Shown: positions 1-10,630, counted from the first letter of the stretch. The stretch: DNA of 64,000 nt from an uncultured Syntrophus sp. (GCA_964571695.1 CAZNDG010000006.1:42859-106858); one strand, 5' to 3'. The notes: generated from the sequence alone by a model not told the origin. Numbers and translations are program-made.

Positions 1-504
1 GCCACGGCGGAGGTGTTTACGGACAACTGGTTCCGGACGGGCGATGCCGGGGTCCTGGAAGACGGCTACCTAACCATTACCGACCGGATCAAGGACCTCA
101 TGAAGACCTCGGGCGGAAAATACATCGCCCCGCAGTTAATCGAGACGACCGTCGGCAAGGACCATTTCATCGAACAGATATCCATCATCGGCGACGAGCG
201 TAAATACGTCTCCGCCCTCATCGTCCCCGCCTTCGCGCCCCTGGAGGATTACGCCCGGAGCCGCAACATCGATTTTGCTTCTCACGAGGAACTGATCGGT
301 CATCCCGAGATCGTGCAGTTCTATCACGAACGGATCGAAACGAATCAGAAGGATTTGGCGGGGTTCGAAAAAATAAAGAAATTCAAGTTGATGGCCAAGC
401 CGTTCACCCAGGAGGACGGGGAAATGACCCCGACAATGAAGCTCAAGCGCAAGGTCATCAATGAGAAGTACCGCAACATTATCGACGGAATCTACCGGGA
501 GTAA
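1..504 (+). CDS. Long-chain fatty acid--CoA ligase, C-terminal part (truncated by window edge)
   Basis: WFRTGD...ITDRIKDLMKTSGGKYIAPQ and ELTPT-like EMTPTMKLKR motifs; frame is open to position 1. Confidence 0.9.
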   Translation, partial: ATAEVFTDNWFRTGDAGVLEDGYLTITDRIKDLMKTSGGKYIAPQLIETTVGKDHFIEQISIIGDERKYVSALIVPAFAPLEDYARSRNIDFASHEELIGHPEIVQFYHERIETNQKDLAGFEKIKKFKLMAKPFTQEDGEMTPTMKLKRKVINEKYRNIIDGIYRE

Positions 505-602
505 AGTGGAAAAGATCCGCTGCCTCTCCATACCCAGGTCAAGAGAAACACGGGGTCGGACAGGTCGGGACGGAAGCAGGACTTAGAGTCACTGAAGACA
601 CC

Positions 603-1049
603 ATGAAATACACAGAAGCAAGATTGGGCCGTGTATTCGTCATCCGCATAGAAGATGGCGAAATTGTTCATGAAGTCATTGAAGAATTCGCCCGGAACCA
701 CCAGATCAGCTCGGCGGCCCTGCTGATCCTCGGTGGCGCCGACGCCGGCAGCACCCTCGTCGTCGGCCCCCATGAAGATCGTATCCTCCCTGTCGTCCCC
801 CTTACCCATATCCTTGCCAACGCCCACGAAGCGACGGGGACCGGGACCATCTTCCCCGATGAACAGGGGGCACCCCTCCTCCATATGCACATGGCCTGCG
901 GCCGCGGGGAGGAAACCATCACCGGTTGCATAAGGAGCGGCATCAAGGTCTGGCGGGTCATGGAGGTTATCCTCTTTGAACTCCTAAATGCCAAAGCCGT
1001 TCGCCGCCCTGAGCCCCCTACGGGCTTTCAACTTCTCCAACCGGGATGA
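603..1049 (+). CDS. PPC/DUF296 domain putative DNA-binding protein
   Basis: GRVFVIRIEDGE, GTGTIF and LHMHMACG..TITGC motifs. Confidence 0.85.
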   Translation: MKYTEARLGRVFVIRIEDGEIVHEVIEEFARNHQISSAALLILGGADAGSTLVVGPHEDRILPVVPLTHILANAHEATGTGTIFPDEQGAPLLHMHMACGRGEETITGCIRSGIKVWRVMEVILFELLNAKAVRRPEPPTGFQLLQPG

Positions 1050-1159
1050 ACCCGTCTTGTCCTCTGATTAGGCTTGCGAATCCCCGGAGCCCCCGGAAGG
1101 GTAACCGCAACCCAACAGATCATCCCCACTGGGGAGGACATCCCGGTTGTTGATGCGCC

Positions 1160-1858
1160 TTATTTCAAATAACGGGGAACTAATGATTTGTCGATGGGAA
1201 AATCATCCGTAACGTAGCTTTTGACTGAACGTGCATAGAGGGCTTTGACCTTGCCGCCCAGGACCTCCATATCGACGTTCATGAAACCGGCCTTCCTTAT
1301 GAGGGAGGCCAACTGTCGGGGAGAATAGTTGCTCAGCCCTCCTGTGGGCGGCAAGCCAAATCTTTCGAAATATCTCTTTCCGATTTCAATCTTATCCAGG
1401 GCATCCGCGTGATAATCCGTGTAGGTAATGGCGATCAGGGTGCCACCGTATTTCAAGACCCGGTGGGCCTCGCAAAGGGCGGGAAGCGGTTCCGACAGGT
1501 TATTGAGGATATTGGCCATCAAAACGGTATCGAAACTTGTCGGCAGAAAGGCCAGTTGCCGGCAATCACCCCTAATGAAGGAGACATGAGGCCTTACTGC
1601 GAGTCGTGTTTTTGCCACGGCCAGCATCTCCCTGGAAAGATCCATGGCCACGATACGCTCCGATCGCGGGGCGACCGCCCGGGTATAATATCCCGTCCCG
1701 CAACCACATTCGAGGAGGACCCCCAGTTCCGTTTCCCGGTGCAAGCGGCCGTAAAGGGCATGCCGCAGTCCTCTCCCGACGACGTAATCCGTATCCCCGT
1801 CATACGTCCGGGCGTAGCGACCCCAATAGTTATCATCCGGACTTTTCATGGGCAACAA
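1160..1858 (-). CDS. Class I SAM-dependent methyltransferase
   Basis: LLECGCGTG motif I, MDLSREML, GDCRQL, FDTV; start may be ATG at 1849. Confidence 0.85.
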   Translation of the reverse strand: MLPMKSPDDNYWGRYARTYDGDTDYVVGRGLRHALYGRLHRETELGVLLECGCGTGYYTRAVAPRSERIVAMDLSREMLAVAKTRLAVRPHVSFIRGDCRQLAFLPTSFDTVLMANILNNLSEPLPALCEAHRVLKYGGTLIAITYTDYHADALDKIEIGKRYFERFGLPPTGGLSNYSPRQLASLIRKAGFMNVDMEVLGGKVKALYARSVKSYVTDDFPIDKSLVPRYLK

Positions 1859-2098
1859 TACTCCGAATTTGTATTTCGATCGCCCGAAAGGTTCTGCGAC
1901 GCGTTGGACATATGGGAGTGTTCCCGCTTCAACCTGATCACGATCCTGTCTTATATCAGGTAAACGGTGCTCCTCGTCAACAGTAAACCTTATTTCCGGG
2001 CTCCCGGAGACGGAAAACCTTCATTACTCCCCATCCGGCAAATAACGTTTGCCTTAATCGGCGCGGCTGGAGTATAAGGAGCGGCAAAGGAGGGCGTC

Positions 2099-2752
2099 AT
2101 GCAGAAGCGAAACGTATTGATGATCTCAGTTTTGCTGATTCTTTTCTTTTTCCCACTCCCGGCCGCAACCCAGGAGTTCAAGGAAATCCCTCTGGTCAAG
2201 CCTCAGATGGACAGCGGCCGGCTCCTCATGCATGTCCTGAAGGACCGCCGTTCATCCCGGGAATTCAGCAACCGTAAACTCCCCATCCGGGTCATCTCCA
2301 ACCTCCTCTGGAGCGCCTGCGGCGTCAATCGCCCGGAATCGGGAAAGCGGACCGTTCCTTCGGCAGGAAACTGGCAGGAAATCGACGTCTATGTGGCAAC
2401 GGCAAAGGGATTGTACGTTTATGATGCCCGCCGCCATCGCCTGCATCCCGTTCTGGATCGGGACATTCGTGCCCTGACGGGCTCGCAGTCCTATGTCAAA
2501 GATGCCCCCATCGATCTGATCTATGTGGCGGATTATGCGCGGATGGGAAACGCCGCCCCCGAGGTAAAGGACCTCTATGCGGCCATCGATACGGGCTTCA
2601 TAAGCCAGAATGTCTATCTTTACAGCGCCTCCGAAGGTCTGGCGACGGTGGCGCGGGGAACCATGGACCGAGCAGCCCTCGGTCAGGCCATGATGCTCCG
2701 TCCAGACCAGCGCATCATCCTTGCCCAAACGGTAGGCTATCCAAAGAAATAA
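2099..2752 (+). CDS. SagB/ThcOx-family (nitroreductase-fold) dehydrogenase with N-terminal signal-like segment
   Basis: RRSSREFS, RTVPSAGNWQEIDVY, GFISQNVYL motifs; GGAG RBS. Confidence 0.85.
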   Translation: MQKRNVLMISVLLILFFFPLPAATQEFKEIPLVKPQMDSGRLLMHVLKDRRSSREFSNRKLPIRVISNLLWSACGVNRPESGKRTVPSAGNWQEIDVYVATAKGLYVYDARRHRLHPVLDRDIRALTGSQSYVKDAPIDLIYVADYARMGNAAPEVKDLYAAIDTGFISQNVYLYSASEGLATVARGTMDRAALGQAMMLRPDQRIILAQTVGYPKK

Positions 2753-2766
2753 AGTGTTGAAGGATC

Positions 2767-3168
2767 ATGGCCTTTGCACTCCTCGCCGATTTTGTCGTCG
2801 TCGTTCATTTCCTTTTCATCCTCTTTGTCGTTGCGGGCGGATTTCTGGCCCTGAGGAACGTAAGGTGGACCTGTCTCCATGTCCCCGCCGCCGTCTGGGG
2901 CGTGCTAATGGAATGGACCGGCTGGATATGCCCCCTGACCCCCCTGGAAAACCGGCTGCGCCGCCTGGGCGGAGGGCCGGCTTACGGCTCCGATTTCGTC
3001 GAGCGATACATCGTCTCCCTGATCTACCCGGAGGCACTGACCCGCAACGAGCAGGTCTTACTTGGGCTGGCGGTCCTTGTAATCAACGGCGGGATCTACG
3101 GCTGGCTGGCGGTCCGGATGTGGAGTTCCCGGGGGAGGGATGGAAGGGAAGTGGCTTTGAAGAAATAG
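2767..3168 (+). CDS. DUF2784 family membrane protein
   Basis: ADFVVVVHFLFILF, LHVPA..WG, WICPLTPLEN.LR motifs. Confidence 0.85.
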   Translation: MAFALLADFVVVVHFLFILFVVAGGFLALRNVRWTCLHVPAAVWGVLMEWTGWICPLTPLENRLRRLGGGPAYGSDFVERYIVSLIYPEALTRNEQVLLGLAVLVINGGIYGWLAVRMWSSRGRDGREVALKK

Positions 3169-3211
3169 AAAAGGGAAAAGGAGTCTGTTTTTAGTGCCCC
3201 TTTTCCCTTTT
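3169..3211. terminator. Hairpin between convergent DUF2784 and atpE genes, probable bidirectional terminator
   Basis: AAAAGGGAAAAGG ... CCTTTTCCCTTTT 13-bp inverted repeat. Confidence 0.6.
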
Positions 3212-3241
3212 CGAAAATAACGATAAAGATATGAATGTCTG

Positions 3242-3616
3242 TTATCCGCCGATGCCCGCAAACTTAAGGAGCGGATTGGCGTACAGGATGACTAAGGAAA
3301 CGACGAGGGCATAGATCGCCACCGATTCCGTCATGGCCATACCGACCATCATGGTAAGCATGATTTTACCCTGGGCTTCGGGGTTTCTGCCTACGGCATT
3401 GTTGGCGCCGCTGGTTGCCTGACCAAGACCGAGGCCTGCTCCCACCGCCCCGATTCCCATCGCTAAACCGGCGGCCAGGACGCTGCAGCCAAGAATGATC
3501 GCCTTGGTGTAATCAACTGCTCCGCCGGGCGCCGCCGCTTCGGCCGCCATTGCCAGAGGAGCGACAACCAATACCAACGTTACTGCCAAAATACCCCTTA
3601 CCAAACCTTTTTTCAT
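3242..3616 (-). CDS. atpE: ATP synthase F0 subunit c (paralog 1) with N-terminal extension
   Basis: GAGLGLG glycine motif, RNPEA loop, AMTESVAIY carboxylate, LYANP; GGAGG RBS. Confidence 0.95.
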   Translation of the reverse strand: MKKGLVRGILAVTLVLVVAPLAMAAEAAAPGGAVDYTKAIILGCSVLAAGLAMGIGAVGAGLGLGQATSGANNAVGRNPEAQGKIMLTMMVGMAMTESVAIYALVVSLVILYANPLLKFAGIGG

Positions 3617-3862
3617 TTCTTGCCTCCTTTGATTGATTTTTTAATACCCGAAACTGCAACTAAACTAAGACTTTTTCTATCCCCCTTTGCACCCCCTTTC
3701 CGCTCACCGGTACGGGCAACGCTTCCCACCAGTGTAACATTTCTGCGGATCCCATATAAAACCGTGATCCGATTGTCAAGAAATATTTGGCGCCCGGCGG
3801 GGCAATTATGATATAGATCCGCTCCACAAAAACAGAGGAAGAGGAACAAACTAATCAGCGCC

Positions 3863-4327
3863 ATGTTATCAGATCGGGAAAAAGCTCTGGCCCGCCGCCT
3901 CCAAGGCGACATTCCCATCGTCAGCCGGCCCTTTGAGGAAATCGGGGCGGCGGCGGGACAGACGGAACAGGAGGTCCGGGCATTCATCGACCGGCTTATC
4001 ATTCAGGGGGTAATCCGTAGATTCGGGGCCGTCGTCCGGCATCGTGAGGTGGGATATACCCACAACGCCATCGTCGCCTGGTCGGCGCCGTCGAACCGCA
4101 TCGAGGAAGCGGGATGCTATCTGGCGGCGCAGCGGGAAGTCACCCACTGCTATGAAAGAACACCCCCCTTTCTCGGCCGGTACAATCTTTTCTCCATGAT
4201 CCACGGCCGGGGGGAGGATGCCGGCGCCATGATCGGACGTTTCGCCAGGGAGATGGAGATCGACGATTACCTGATCCTGAGGAGCGAAGAAGAACTGAAA
4301 AAGACGTCTATGGAGTATTTTACATGA
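3863..4327 (+). CDS. ahbB: Siroheme decarboxylase beta subunit (AhbB/NirH-like, Lrp/AsnC fold)
   Basis: LQGDIPIVSRPF, IRRFGAVVRHREVG, EVTHCYER, YNLFSMIH; overlaps hemL start. Confidence 0.8.
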   Translation: MLSDREKALARRLQGDIPIVSRPFEEIGAAAGQTEQEVRAFIDRLIIQGVIRRFGAVVRHREVGYTHNAIVAWSAPSNRIEEAGCYLAAQREVTHCYERTPPFLGRYNLFSMIHGRGEDAGAMIGRFAREMEIDDYLILRSEEELKKTSMEYFT

Positions 4328-5607
4328 AAGAAAGATCTCAAGCCCTATTTGCCCAGGCGGCAAAACTTATCCCCGGAGGGGTCAACAGTCCGGTGCGGGC
4401 CTTCAAGGCCGTGGGCGGGGCACCGGTCTTCATTAACGCCGGACGGGGCGCGCGGATATGCGACGTGGACGGCAATGAATACATCGATTATGTCATGTCC
4501 TGGGGTCCCCTGATTCTCGGTCACGCCCACCCGGCGGTCGTGGCGGCGATCTCGGCACAGGCTGAAAAGGGGAGCAGCTTCGGCGCCCCGACGCCCCTTG
4601 AAGTGGAACTGGCCGGGATGATTCTTGATGCCTTTCCCGCCCTGGAAATGCTCCGGATGATGAGTTCTGGAACGGAGGCGGTCATGACGGCCGTCCGCCT
4701 GGCCCGGGCCTTCACCGGCCGGGACAGGATCGTCAAGTTTGCCGGCTGTTATCACGGCCACAGCGATTCCCTCCTGGCCAGGGCCGGTTCCGGCGTGGCC
4801 ACCCTGGGCATTCCCGACAGTCCCGGTGTGCCGGGAAGCCTGGCCGAACTCACCATTACCCTCCCCTTCAACGATTCCGGGGCGGTCGCCGCCGTCTTTG
4901 CCAAGCATGGTCCGGAAATCGCCGCCGTCATCGTCGAACCCGCCGCCGGCAATATGGGGGTGGTCCCGCCCCAGCCGGGATTTCTTTCCCGACTGCGGGA
5001 GCTCACACGGGCGCACGGGAGCCTCCTCATCTTTGACGAAGTCATCACGGGCTTCCGCCTTGCCTGGGGAGGATACCCGGGGGGCGGCGGCATCGATCCG
5101 GACCTTGCCTGCCTGGGCAAGATCATCGGTGGAGGTCTCCCCGTGGGGGCCGTCGGGGGAAAACGGGCGGTCATGGAACAACTGGCGCCTCTGGGGCCGG
5201 TATATCAGGCGGGCACCCTTTCCGGGAACCCCCTGGCCATGGCGGCGGGGCTGGCGACCCTGACCATCCTCCGGGAAGGCATGGAATGTTATGAAGCAAT
5301 GAAGCGATACGCCTTCAGCCTCTGCGAAGAAATGCAGGGTCTGTTCAGACGCAAGGGCATTCCCGTGACGATCAACCGGCTCGGTTCCATGTTCACCATC
5401 TTTTTCACCGCCGGACCCGTCTGCGACCTGGAGACGGCCCGGCGCTCCGATACGGAGTTATTCGCCCGCTTCTTCCGAGGGATGATGAGCAACGGCGTCA
5501 ATCCACCTCCCTCCCAGTTTGAGGCCTGGTTCGTTTCTCTGGCCCATGATCTCCTGGATGCGGAAAAGACCCTGGAAGCGTGCGCCCGGACCCTGGAGAC
5601 AATGTGA
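4324..5607 (+). CDS. hemL: Glutamate-1-semialdehyde 2,1-aminomutase
   Basis: IPGGVNSPVRAF, SGTEA, GCYHGHSD, FDEVITGFR, GKIIGGGLPVGA. Confidence 0.97.
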   Translation: MKERSQALFAQAAKLIPGGVNSPVRAFKAVGGAPVFINAGRGARICDVDGNEYIDYVMSWGPLILGHAHPAVVAAISAQAEKGSSFGAPTPLEVELAGMILDAFPALEMLRMMSSGTEAVMTAVRLARAFTGRDRIVKFAGCYHGHSDSLLARAGSGVATLGIPDSPGVPGSLAELTITLPFNDSGAVAAVFAKHGPEIAAVIVEPAAGNMGVVPPQPGFLSRLRELTRAHGSLLIFDEVITGFRLAWGGYPGGGGIDPDLACLGKIIGGGLPVGAVGGKRAVMEQLAPLGPVYQAGTLSGNPLAMAAGLATLTILREGMECYEAMKRYAFSLCEEMQGLFRRKGIPVTINRLGSMFTIFFTAGPVCDLETARRSDTELFARFFRGMMSNGVNPPPSQFEAWFVSLAHDLLDAEKTLEACARTLETM

Positions 5608-5709
5608 AGAGCCGCCTCCAGGCTAAGGCCGTGACTACCTAACGCCCGCGATGAAAACCCGCGACATGGAATGGGACCATAAACAGCAGTCCGACGGGAG
5701 CAGACAATC

Positions 5710-6726
5710 ATGGAAAAAATATTAGTAACCGGGGCCGCCGGTTTCATCGGCTTTCACATGTGCCGGAAGCTCCTTGCCACCGGCCGGAACGTCGTGGGCA
5801 TCGACAACCTCAACCCCTACTACGAGGTCCGTCTGAAAGAAGACCGCCTGCGCCTTCTAAAAGAGGACCGGTCGTTTCGCTTCTTCCGTCTGGACATCGC
5901 CGACCGGGAGGCCCTGGCCGACCTCTTCGCCCGGGAGGAACCACCGGTGGTGGTGCATCTTGCCGCCCAGGCCGGTGTCCGTTACTCCCTGACGAATCCC
6001 TACGCCTATCTGGACAGCAACCTGACCGGTTTTTTGAACATCCTGGAAGGCTGCCGGCGTCACCGCGTCTCCCACCTTGTTTACGCCTCCTCCAGTTCCG
6101 TTTACGGAGGCAACACCCGCCTGCCCTTTTCGGTTCATCACAACGTGGACCATCCCGTCAGTCTCTATGCGGCCACAAAAAAGGCCAACGAACTCATGGC
6201 CCACTCCTATGCCGCCCTGTACGGGATCCCCTGCACGGGTCTGCGTTTCTTCACCGTTTACGGACCCTGGGGGCGGCCGGATATGGCCCTGTTCCTATTC
6301 ACCCGGGCCATTCTCGCCGGCAAGCCCATCGATGTTTACAACGAAGGGCGGATGGAGCGTGATTTCACCTACGTCGACGACATCATCGAGGGCGTCTTCC
6401 GGATCATGACGCGGCCTCCGGCCCCCGATCCGTCCTGGAACAGTGGCAATCCAGACCCCGCGGGGAGTTTCGCCCCGTACCGCTTATACAACATCGGCAA
6501 TCATCAGCCTGTCGCCCTCCTCGATTTCATCGCCGCCCTGGAGAAAAATCTGGGGAAGAAAGCGAAGATGCGTCTCCTCCCCATGCAGCCCGGCGACGTC
6601 CCGGCAACCTGCGCCGACGTGGAAGACCTAACGGCCGCCGTGGGATTCAGCCCCGCCACATCCATCGCCACGGGAATTGCGCGTTTTGTCGAGTGGTACA
6701 AGAAATACTACCTGGATAAAGAATAA
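5710..6726 (+). CDS. NAD-dependent epimerase, UDP-glucuronate 4-epimerase type
   Basis: TGAAGFIG, HLAAQAGVRYS, YAATKKANE, YGPWGRPDMA. Confidence 0.92.
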   Translation: MEKILVTGAAGFIGFHMCRKLLATGRNVVGIDNLNPYYEVRLKEDRLRLLKEDRSFRFFRLDIADREALADLFAREEPPVVVHLAAQAGVRYSLTNPYAYLDSNLTGFLNILEGCRRHRVSHLVYASSSSVYGGNTRLPFSVHHNVDHPVSLYAATKKANELMAHSYAALYGIPCTGLRFFTVYGPWGRPDMALFLFTRAILAGKPIDVYNEGRMERDFTYVDDIIEGVFRIMTRPPAPDPSWNSGNPDPAGSFAPYRLYNIGNHQPVALLDFIAALEKNLGKKAKMRLLPMQPGDVPATCADVEDLTAAVGFSPATSIATGIARFVEWYKKYYLDKE

Positions 6727-6842
6727 TGTGATAGGAAGACATCGTTCAAATCCCCAGGACCGGATTGGCTATCAAGGGAGTCGGTCATATCCGGCGGCCT
6801 GGAGATAATCTCGGTCAACATACAGGGAGACGATTTCTACTA

Positions 6843-7871
6843 ATGAAAAAGGCATTCATCACCGGCATAACCGGCCAGGACGGATCGTATCTGGCCGAAT
6901 TTCTCCTCGGCAAGGGTTATGAGATCCACGGGCTGATCCGTCGGGCCAGCACCTTCAATACGGACCGCATCGATCATCTGTACAAGGACTTCCACGATCC
7001 CGAGGCGCGGATCTACCTTCATTACGGCGATCTGGCTGTCTCCGGGCAGCTCACGGACCTTCTGAACGACATCAAGCCCGATGAGATCTATCACCTCGGC
7101 GCCCAGAGCCATGTGCGGGTGAGCTTCGACATGGCGGAGTACACCGGGGATGTTACGGGACTGGGGACGCTGCGGCTCCTCGAGGCGATCCGCAAGTCCG
7201 GAATCAACTCCCGATTCTATCAGGCCTCGTCCAGCGAGATGTTCGGCGCCGCCCCGCCGCCCCAGAGCGAAGCCACCCCCTTCCAGCCTCAGAGCCCCTA
7301 CGCCGCCGCCAAGGTTTACGCCTATTACATCGTGAAGAACTACCGCGAGGCCTACCGGATCTTCGCGGCCAACGGCATCCTTTTCAACCACGAATCACCG
7401 CGGCGCGGCGAGACCTTCGTCACCCGGAAGATCACCCGGGCGGCAACGCGGATCAAACTGGGCCTCCAGGAAAAACTGTTTCTCGGCAATCTGGAGGCGA
7501 AACGGGACTGGGGATTCGCCGGGGATTACGTGGAAGCCATGTGGCTCATGCTCCAGCAGGACCACCCCGACGATTTTGTCATCGCCACCGGAGAGACTCA
7601 CTCCGTGCGGGAATTCGCTCAAAGGGTCTTCGAGAAACTAAATCTGGACTATGAAAAATACGTCGCCATCGACCGGCGGTATTTCCGCCCCACGGAAGTG
7701 GACGTCCTGCTAGGGGACGCGTCCAAGGCCAGGAAACGCATGGACTGGCGGCCCCGGGTAAGCTTTGAAGGTCTCATCGACATGATGATCGCCGCCGACA
7801 TGGAGAGCGCCCGGAAAGAAAAGACCCTCTGCGAGGCGGGGTATGAAATCGGAAATCACAACCAACTCTGA
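6843..7871 (+). CDS. gmd: GDP-mannose 4,6-dehydratase
   Basis: [41 protein letters not shown]; start set at MKKAFIT. Confidence 0.97.
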   Translation: MKKAFITGITGQDGSYLAEFLLGKGYEIHGLIRRASTFNTDRIDHLYKDFHDPEARIYLHYGDLAVSGQLTDLLNDIKPDEIYHLGAQSHVRVSFDMAEYTGDVTGLGTLRLLEAIRKSGINSRFYQASSSEMFGAAPPPQSEATPFQPQSPYAAAKVYAYYIVKNYREAYRIFAANGILFNHESPRRGETFVTRKITRAATRIKLGLQEKLFLGNLEAKRDWGFAGDYVEAMWLMLQQDHPDDFVIATGETHSVREFAQRVFEKLNLDYEKYVAIDRRYFRPTEVDVLLGDASKARKRMDWRPRVSFEGLIDMMIAADMESARKEKTLCEAGYEIGNHNQL

Positions 7872-7964
7872 ATCGCGACGCCGGGGGCCGATCGCGTGTC
7901 TTCTTGACGGCGCGGCCGGAGCGGTGGCGGCGATTCAGCAACCCAAGGGAGCGGAAGCGGCGGG

Positions 7965-8909
7965 ATGAAGAACAAGCGCATCACCATCACGGGCGGCAAG
8001 GGGTTTCTCGGCACCCACCTGGTCAAGGGGTTTCGGGACCGGGGCTACGAAAATATCCTCATCGCCGATTTACCGGACTATAATCTGGTTCGCGGGGAAG
8101 ATGTCCGGCGCCTGTATGCCGAAACGAAACCCGACATCATCATCCACCTGGCCGCCAAGGTAGGGGGTATCGGCTTCAACAGGGAGCATCCGGGGGCCCT
8201 CTTCTATGAAAACATCATGATGGGCACTCAGATGATCCACGAGGGATACCTGAGCGGGATCGAGAAATTCGTAGCCCTGGGCACGATCTGCGCCTATCCC
8301 AAATTCACTCCCGTACCCTTCCGGGAAGACGAACTCTGGAACGGCTATCCCGAGGAGACCAACGCCCCTTACGGCCTGGCGAAGAAGATGATGCTCGTCC
8401 AGTCGCAGGCGTACCGCCAGCAATACGGATTCAACGCCATATTTCTCCTGCCCGTTAATCTCTACGGACCGGGAGACAATTTCGATCCCCGTTCCTCCCA
8501 CGTCATCCCCGCCCTGATCAAGAAATGCGTGGATGCCAGAAGAGCGGGGGAGGAGAAAGTGACGGTCTGGGGAACAGGCAAGGCCACCCGGGAGTTCTTC
8601 TATGTGGAAGACGCCGCCGAAGCCATCATCTTGGCCACGGAAAGGTACCACAGACCCGAGCCGGTCAACATCGGCGCCGGGTTTGAGATCTCCATCCGCG
8701 AGCTGGCGGAACTGATCGTCGAGTTGACCGGCTATGCCGGCCGGATCGTCTGGGACACCAGCCAGCCCGACGGCCAGCCGCGGCGGATGCTCGATACGAC
8801 CCGGGCCTGGGAAGAAATAGGTTTTCGGTCCCGGACCGACTTCCGGGAGGGCCTCCGCCGGACAATCTCCTGGTACGAAAACGAAGGGATAAAGAGAAAG
8901 TATGAGTGA
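7965..8909 (+). CDS. fcl: GDP-L-fucose synthase
   Basis: [40 protein letters not shown]. Confidence 0.93.
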   Translation: MKNKRITITGGKGFLGTHLVKGFRDRGYENILIADLPDYNLVRGEDVRRLYAETKPDIIIHLAAKVGGIGFNREHPGALFYENIMMGTQMIHEGYLSGIEKFVALGTICAYPKFTPVPFREDELWNGYPEETNAPYGLAKKMMLVQSQAYRQQYGFNAIFLLPVNLYGPGDNFDPRSSHVIPALIKKCVDARRAGEEKVTVWGTGKATREFFYVEDAAEAIILATERYHRPEPVNIGAGFEISIRELAELIVELTGYAGRIVWDTSQPDGQPRRMLDTTRAWEEIGFRSRTDFREGLRRTISWYENEGIKRKYE

Positions 8910-8968
8910 ACGGGGCCGTCATTTTTTGTTGACTTCCCCCCCCTATCGTGTTAAGAGGCGCTGCGTCA

Positions 8969-9253
8969 ATGGATAAAGAGGGCAAAAAAGCATACGTCCA
9001 GATGGCATACGCCAGCAGCATCGGCTTCGCCTTCGTCCTGTTGATCTTTGGAGGTCTCTTTCTCGGCAACTGGCTGGACAAGAAGATGGGCACATCCTTC
9101 TTCTTTACCGTCCTGCTCTTCATCATGGGCGTCATCGGCGGATTTAGGAACATTTACGTCCTGATCGGCAAATCATTTCAGGATGATAAAATAATTATCA
9201 AGAGTATAAAAAGTGAACCTCACCGGAAAAGACCCGCTCCAGCAAAGGCTTGA
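8969..9253 (+). CDS. atpZ: AtpZ/AtpI-family small membrane protein
   Basis: SSIG..G.FLGNWLDKKMGT two-helix pattern; first gene before atpI-atpB. Confidence 0.8.
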   Translation: MDKEGKKAYVQMAYASSIGFAFVLLIFGGLFLGNWLDKKMGTSFFFTVLLFIMGVIGGFRNIYVLIGKSFQDDKIIIKSIKSEPHRKRPAPAKA

Positions 9254-9608
9254 AATCGCCAACTGGGTCGTCCTCGTTGTATTCGTTCTCGCCGGCGCCT
9301 TGATATTCTCCCTGAAATTCACCCTGGGCGTTCTCCTGGGGGGCCTCATCAGCATCGTGAACTATCACTGGCTCTGCCGGGACGTCAAAAAGGTCTTCGC
9401 CCACCTTACAGACCGCGCCAAGTCCCGGATCATGTTCAAATACTACATACGCTTCGGGGTAACGGCCGTGGCGCTGTACTTTATCGTATCCAGCGGCATC
9501 GTCGATGTCGTCGGCCTGTTGATCGGCCTTTCCACGGTCATCGTCAATATCGTCATTACTGCCGTCATGGCTCTTTCAAAAAAAAATTGCGTTGAGGAGG
9601 TCAATTAG
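9213..9608 (+). CDS. atpI: ATP synthase subunit I
   Basis: Four hydrophobic segments, GVLLGGLISIVNY, KYYIRF; directly precedes atpB. Confidence 0.8.
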   Translation: MNLTGKDPLQQRLEIANWVVLVVFVLAGALIFSLKFTLGVLLGGLISIVNYHWLCRDVKKVFAHLTDRAKSRIMFKYYIRFGVTAVALYFIVSSGIVDVVGLLIGLSTVIVNIVITAVMALSKKNCVEEVN

Positions 9609-9611
9609 AAG

Positions 9612-10271
9612 ATGCACAGTCTGTCTTTCCTGCAATTAATATTACCGGGTGTCCCCACCTACATCACCTATACCTGGTTTGTCATGGCCCTGCTCGCCCT
9701 CTTTTCTTTTCTGGCGACCCGGCGTCTTTCCCTGACCCCGGGCGGGTTCCAGAACACCATGGAGGTCTTCATCAAAGCCATCGACAATCTCCTCATCGAC
9801 ACCATGGGCACCCATGGAAAAAGATTCTTTCCCCTGATCGCCACCCTGGGATTCTTCATCCTCACTTCCAACCTGATCGGGCTGATTCCCGGACTGGAAT
9901 CCCCCACGGCCAACCTGAATACGACCGTGGCCATGGCCCTGGTGGTCTTCTTCCTCACCCACATCGTCGGCGTGCAGATTCAGGGCATGAAATATTTCAA
10001 GCAGTTCCTGGGACCGGTATGGTGGCTCACACCCCTGATGCTGCCCATTGAACTGGTCAGCCACATCTCCCGTCCGGTTTCGCTGTCCATGCGTCTCTTC
10101 GGAAACATCGAAGGCGGCCACATCGTCCTTTTCGTCCTCTTCATCCTCGTGCCGCTGCTGGTACCCCTGCCCATCCTCGTCCTGAAGCTCCTGATCTCCT
10201 TCATCCAGACCCTGGTCTTCATGCTCCTGTCCATGATGTACATCGCCGGAGCCATGGAAGAGCATCACTGA
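9612..10271 (+). CDS. atpB: ATP synthase F0 subunit a
   Basis: [37 protein letters not shown] with conserved Arg, FIQTLVF. Confidence 0.96.
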   Translation: MHSLSFLQLILPGVPTYITYTWFVMALLALFSFLATRRLSLTPGGFQNTMEVFIKAIDNLLIDTMGTHGKRFFPLIATLGFFILTSNLIGLIPGLESPTANLNTTVAMALVVFFLTHIVGVQIQGMKYFKQFLGPVWWLTPLMLPIELVSHISRPVSLSMRLFGNIEGGHIVLFVLFILVPLLVPLPILVLKLLISFIQTLVFMLLSMMYIAGAMEEHH

Positions 10272-10331
10272 TAAATTACGTATGCGGGCGCCGTCCGAAA
10301 GGGGGCGCCGAACCTTATCTTGAAATGACGG

Positions 10332-10363
10332 CGGGGTCCCTCAACGGGGGGACCCCGTTTTTT
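10332..10363 (+). terminator. Rho-independent terminator after atpB
   Basis: CGGGGTCCC...GGGACCCCG stem followed by TTTTTT. Confidence 0.85.
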
Positions 10364-10481
10364 GTCCCATCACCCCACTGTATCCTGGATTAGCTCATCC
10401 AGCGCCAGGGTTTTCCAGGCCGCCCGCCGGAGCCGGTCGGGTGCGTCCCACAGGCAGGTTGTCCGACGTATCTACCACCTC

Positions 10482-10509
10482 TTGACAAGCTCCATTTGGT
10501 GAATATATT
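10482..10509 (+). promoter_or_regulatory. Probable sigma-70 promoter of the Hsp20 cluster
   Basis: TTGACA-N16-TATATT. Confidence 0.5.
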
Positions 10510-10630
10510 AAGGCCGTAACAAATATAACCCTTTTATAACAAGATGTTAAGCTTGCGTAGACGGAATCGTGCACCCTTTGAAAAACTGATAAAAATAACA
10601 TTTCGATAAACGAGGAAAGGAGGAGAGATT

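Noticed and set aside
1050-1159. Possible structured RNA between convergent genes (TGTCCTC/GAGGACA arms)
   Set aside because: Short stems, not upstream of any gene and no promoter; probably terminator-type or chance
3242-3616. Na+-specific ATP synthase call
   Set aside because: Both c subunits lack the Gln ligand of the Na+ signature, although E-S and Tyr are kept; not supportable from sequence
10272-10630. CIRCE or HAIR operator for the Hsp20 genes
   Set aside because: No TTAGCACTC-N9-GAGTGCTAA or CTTGAGT-N7-ACTCAAG match seen
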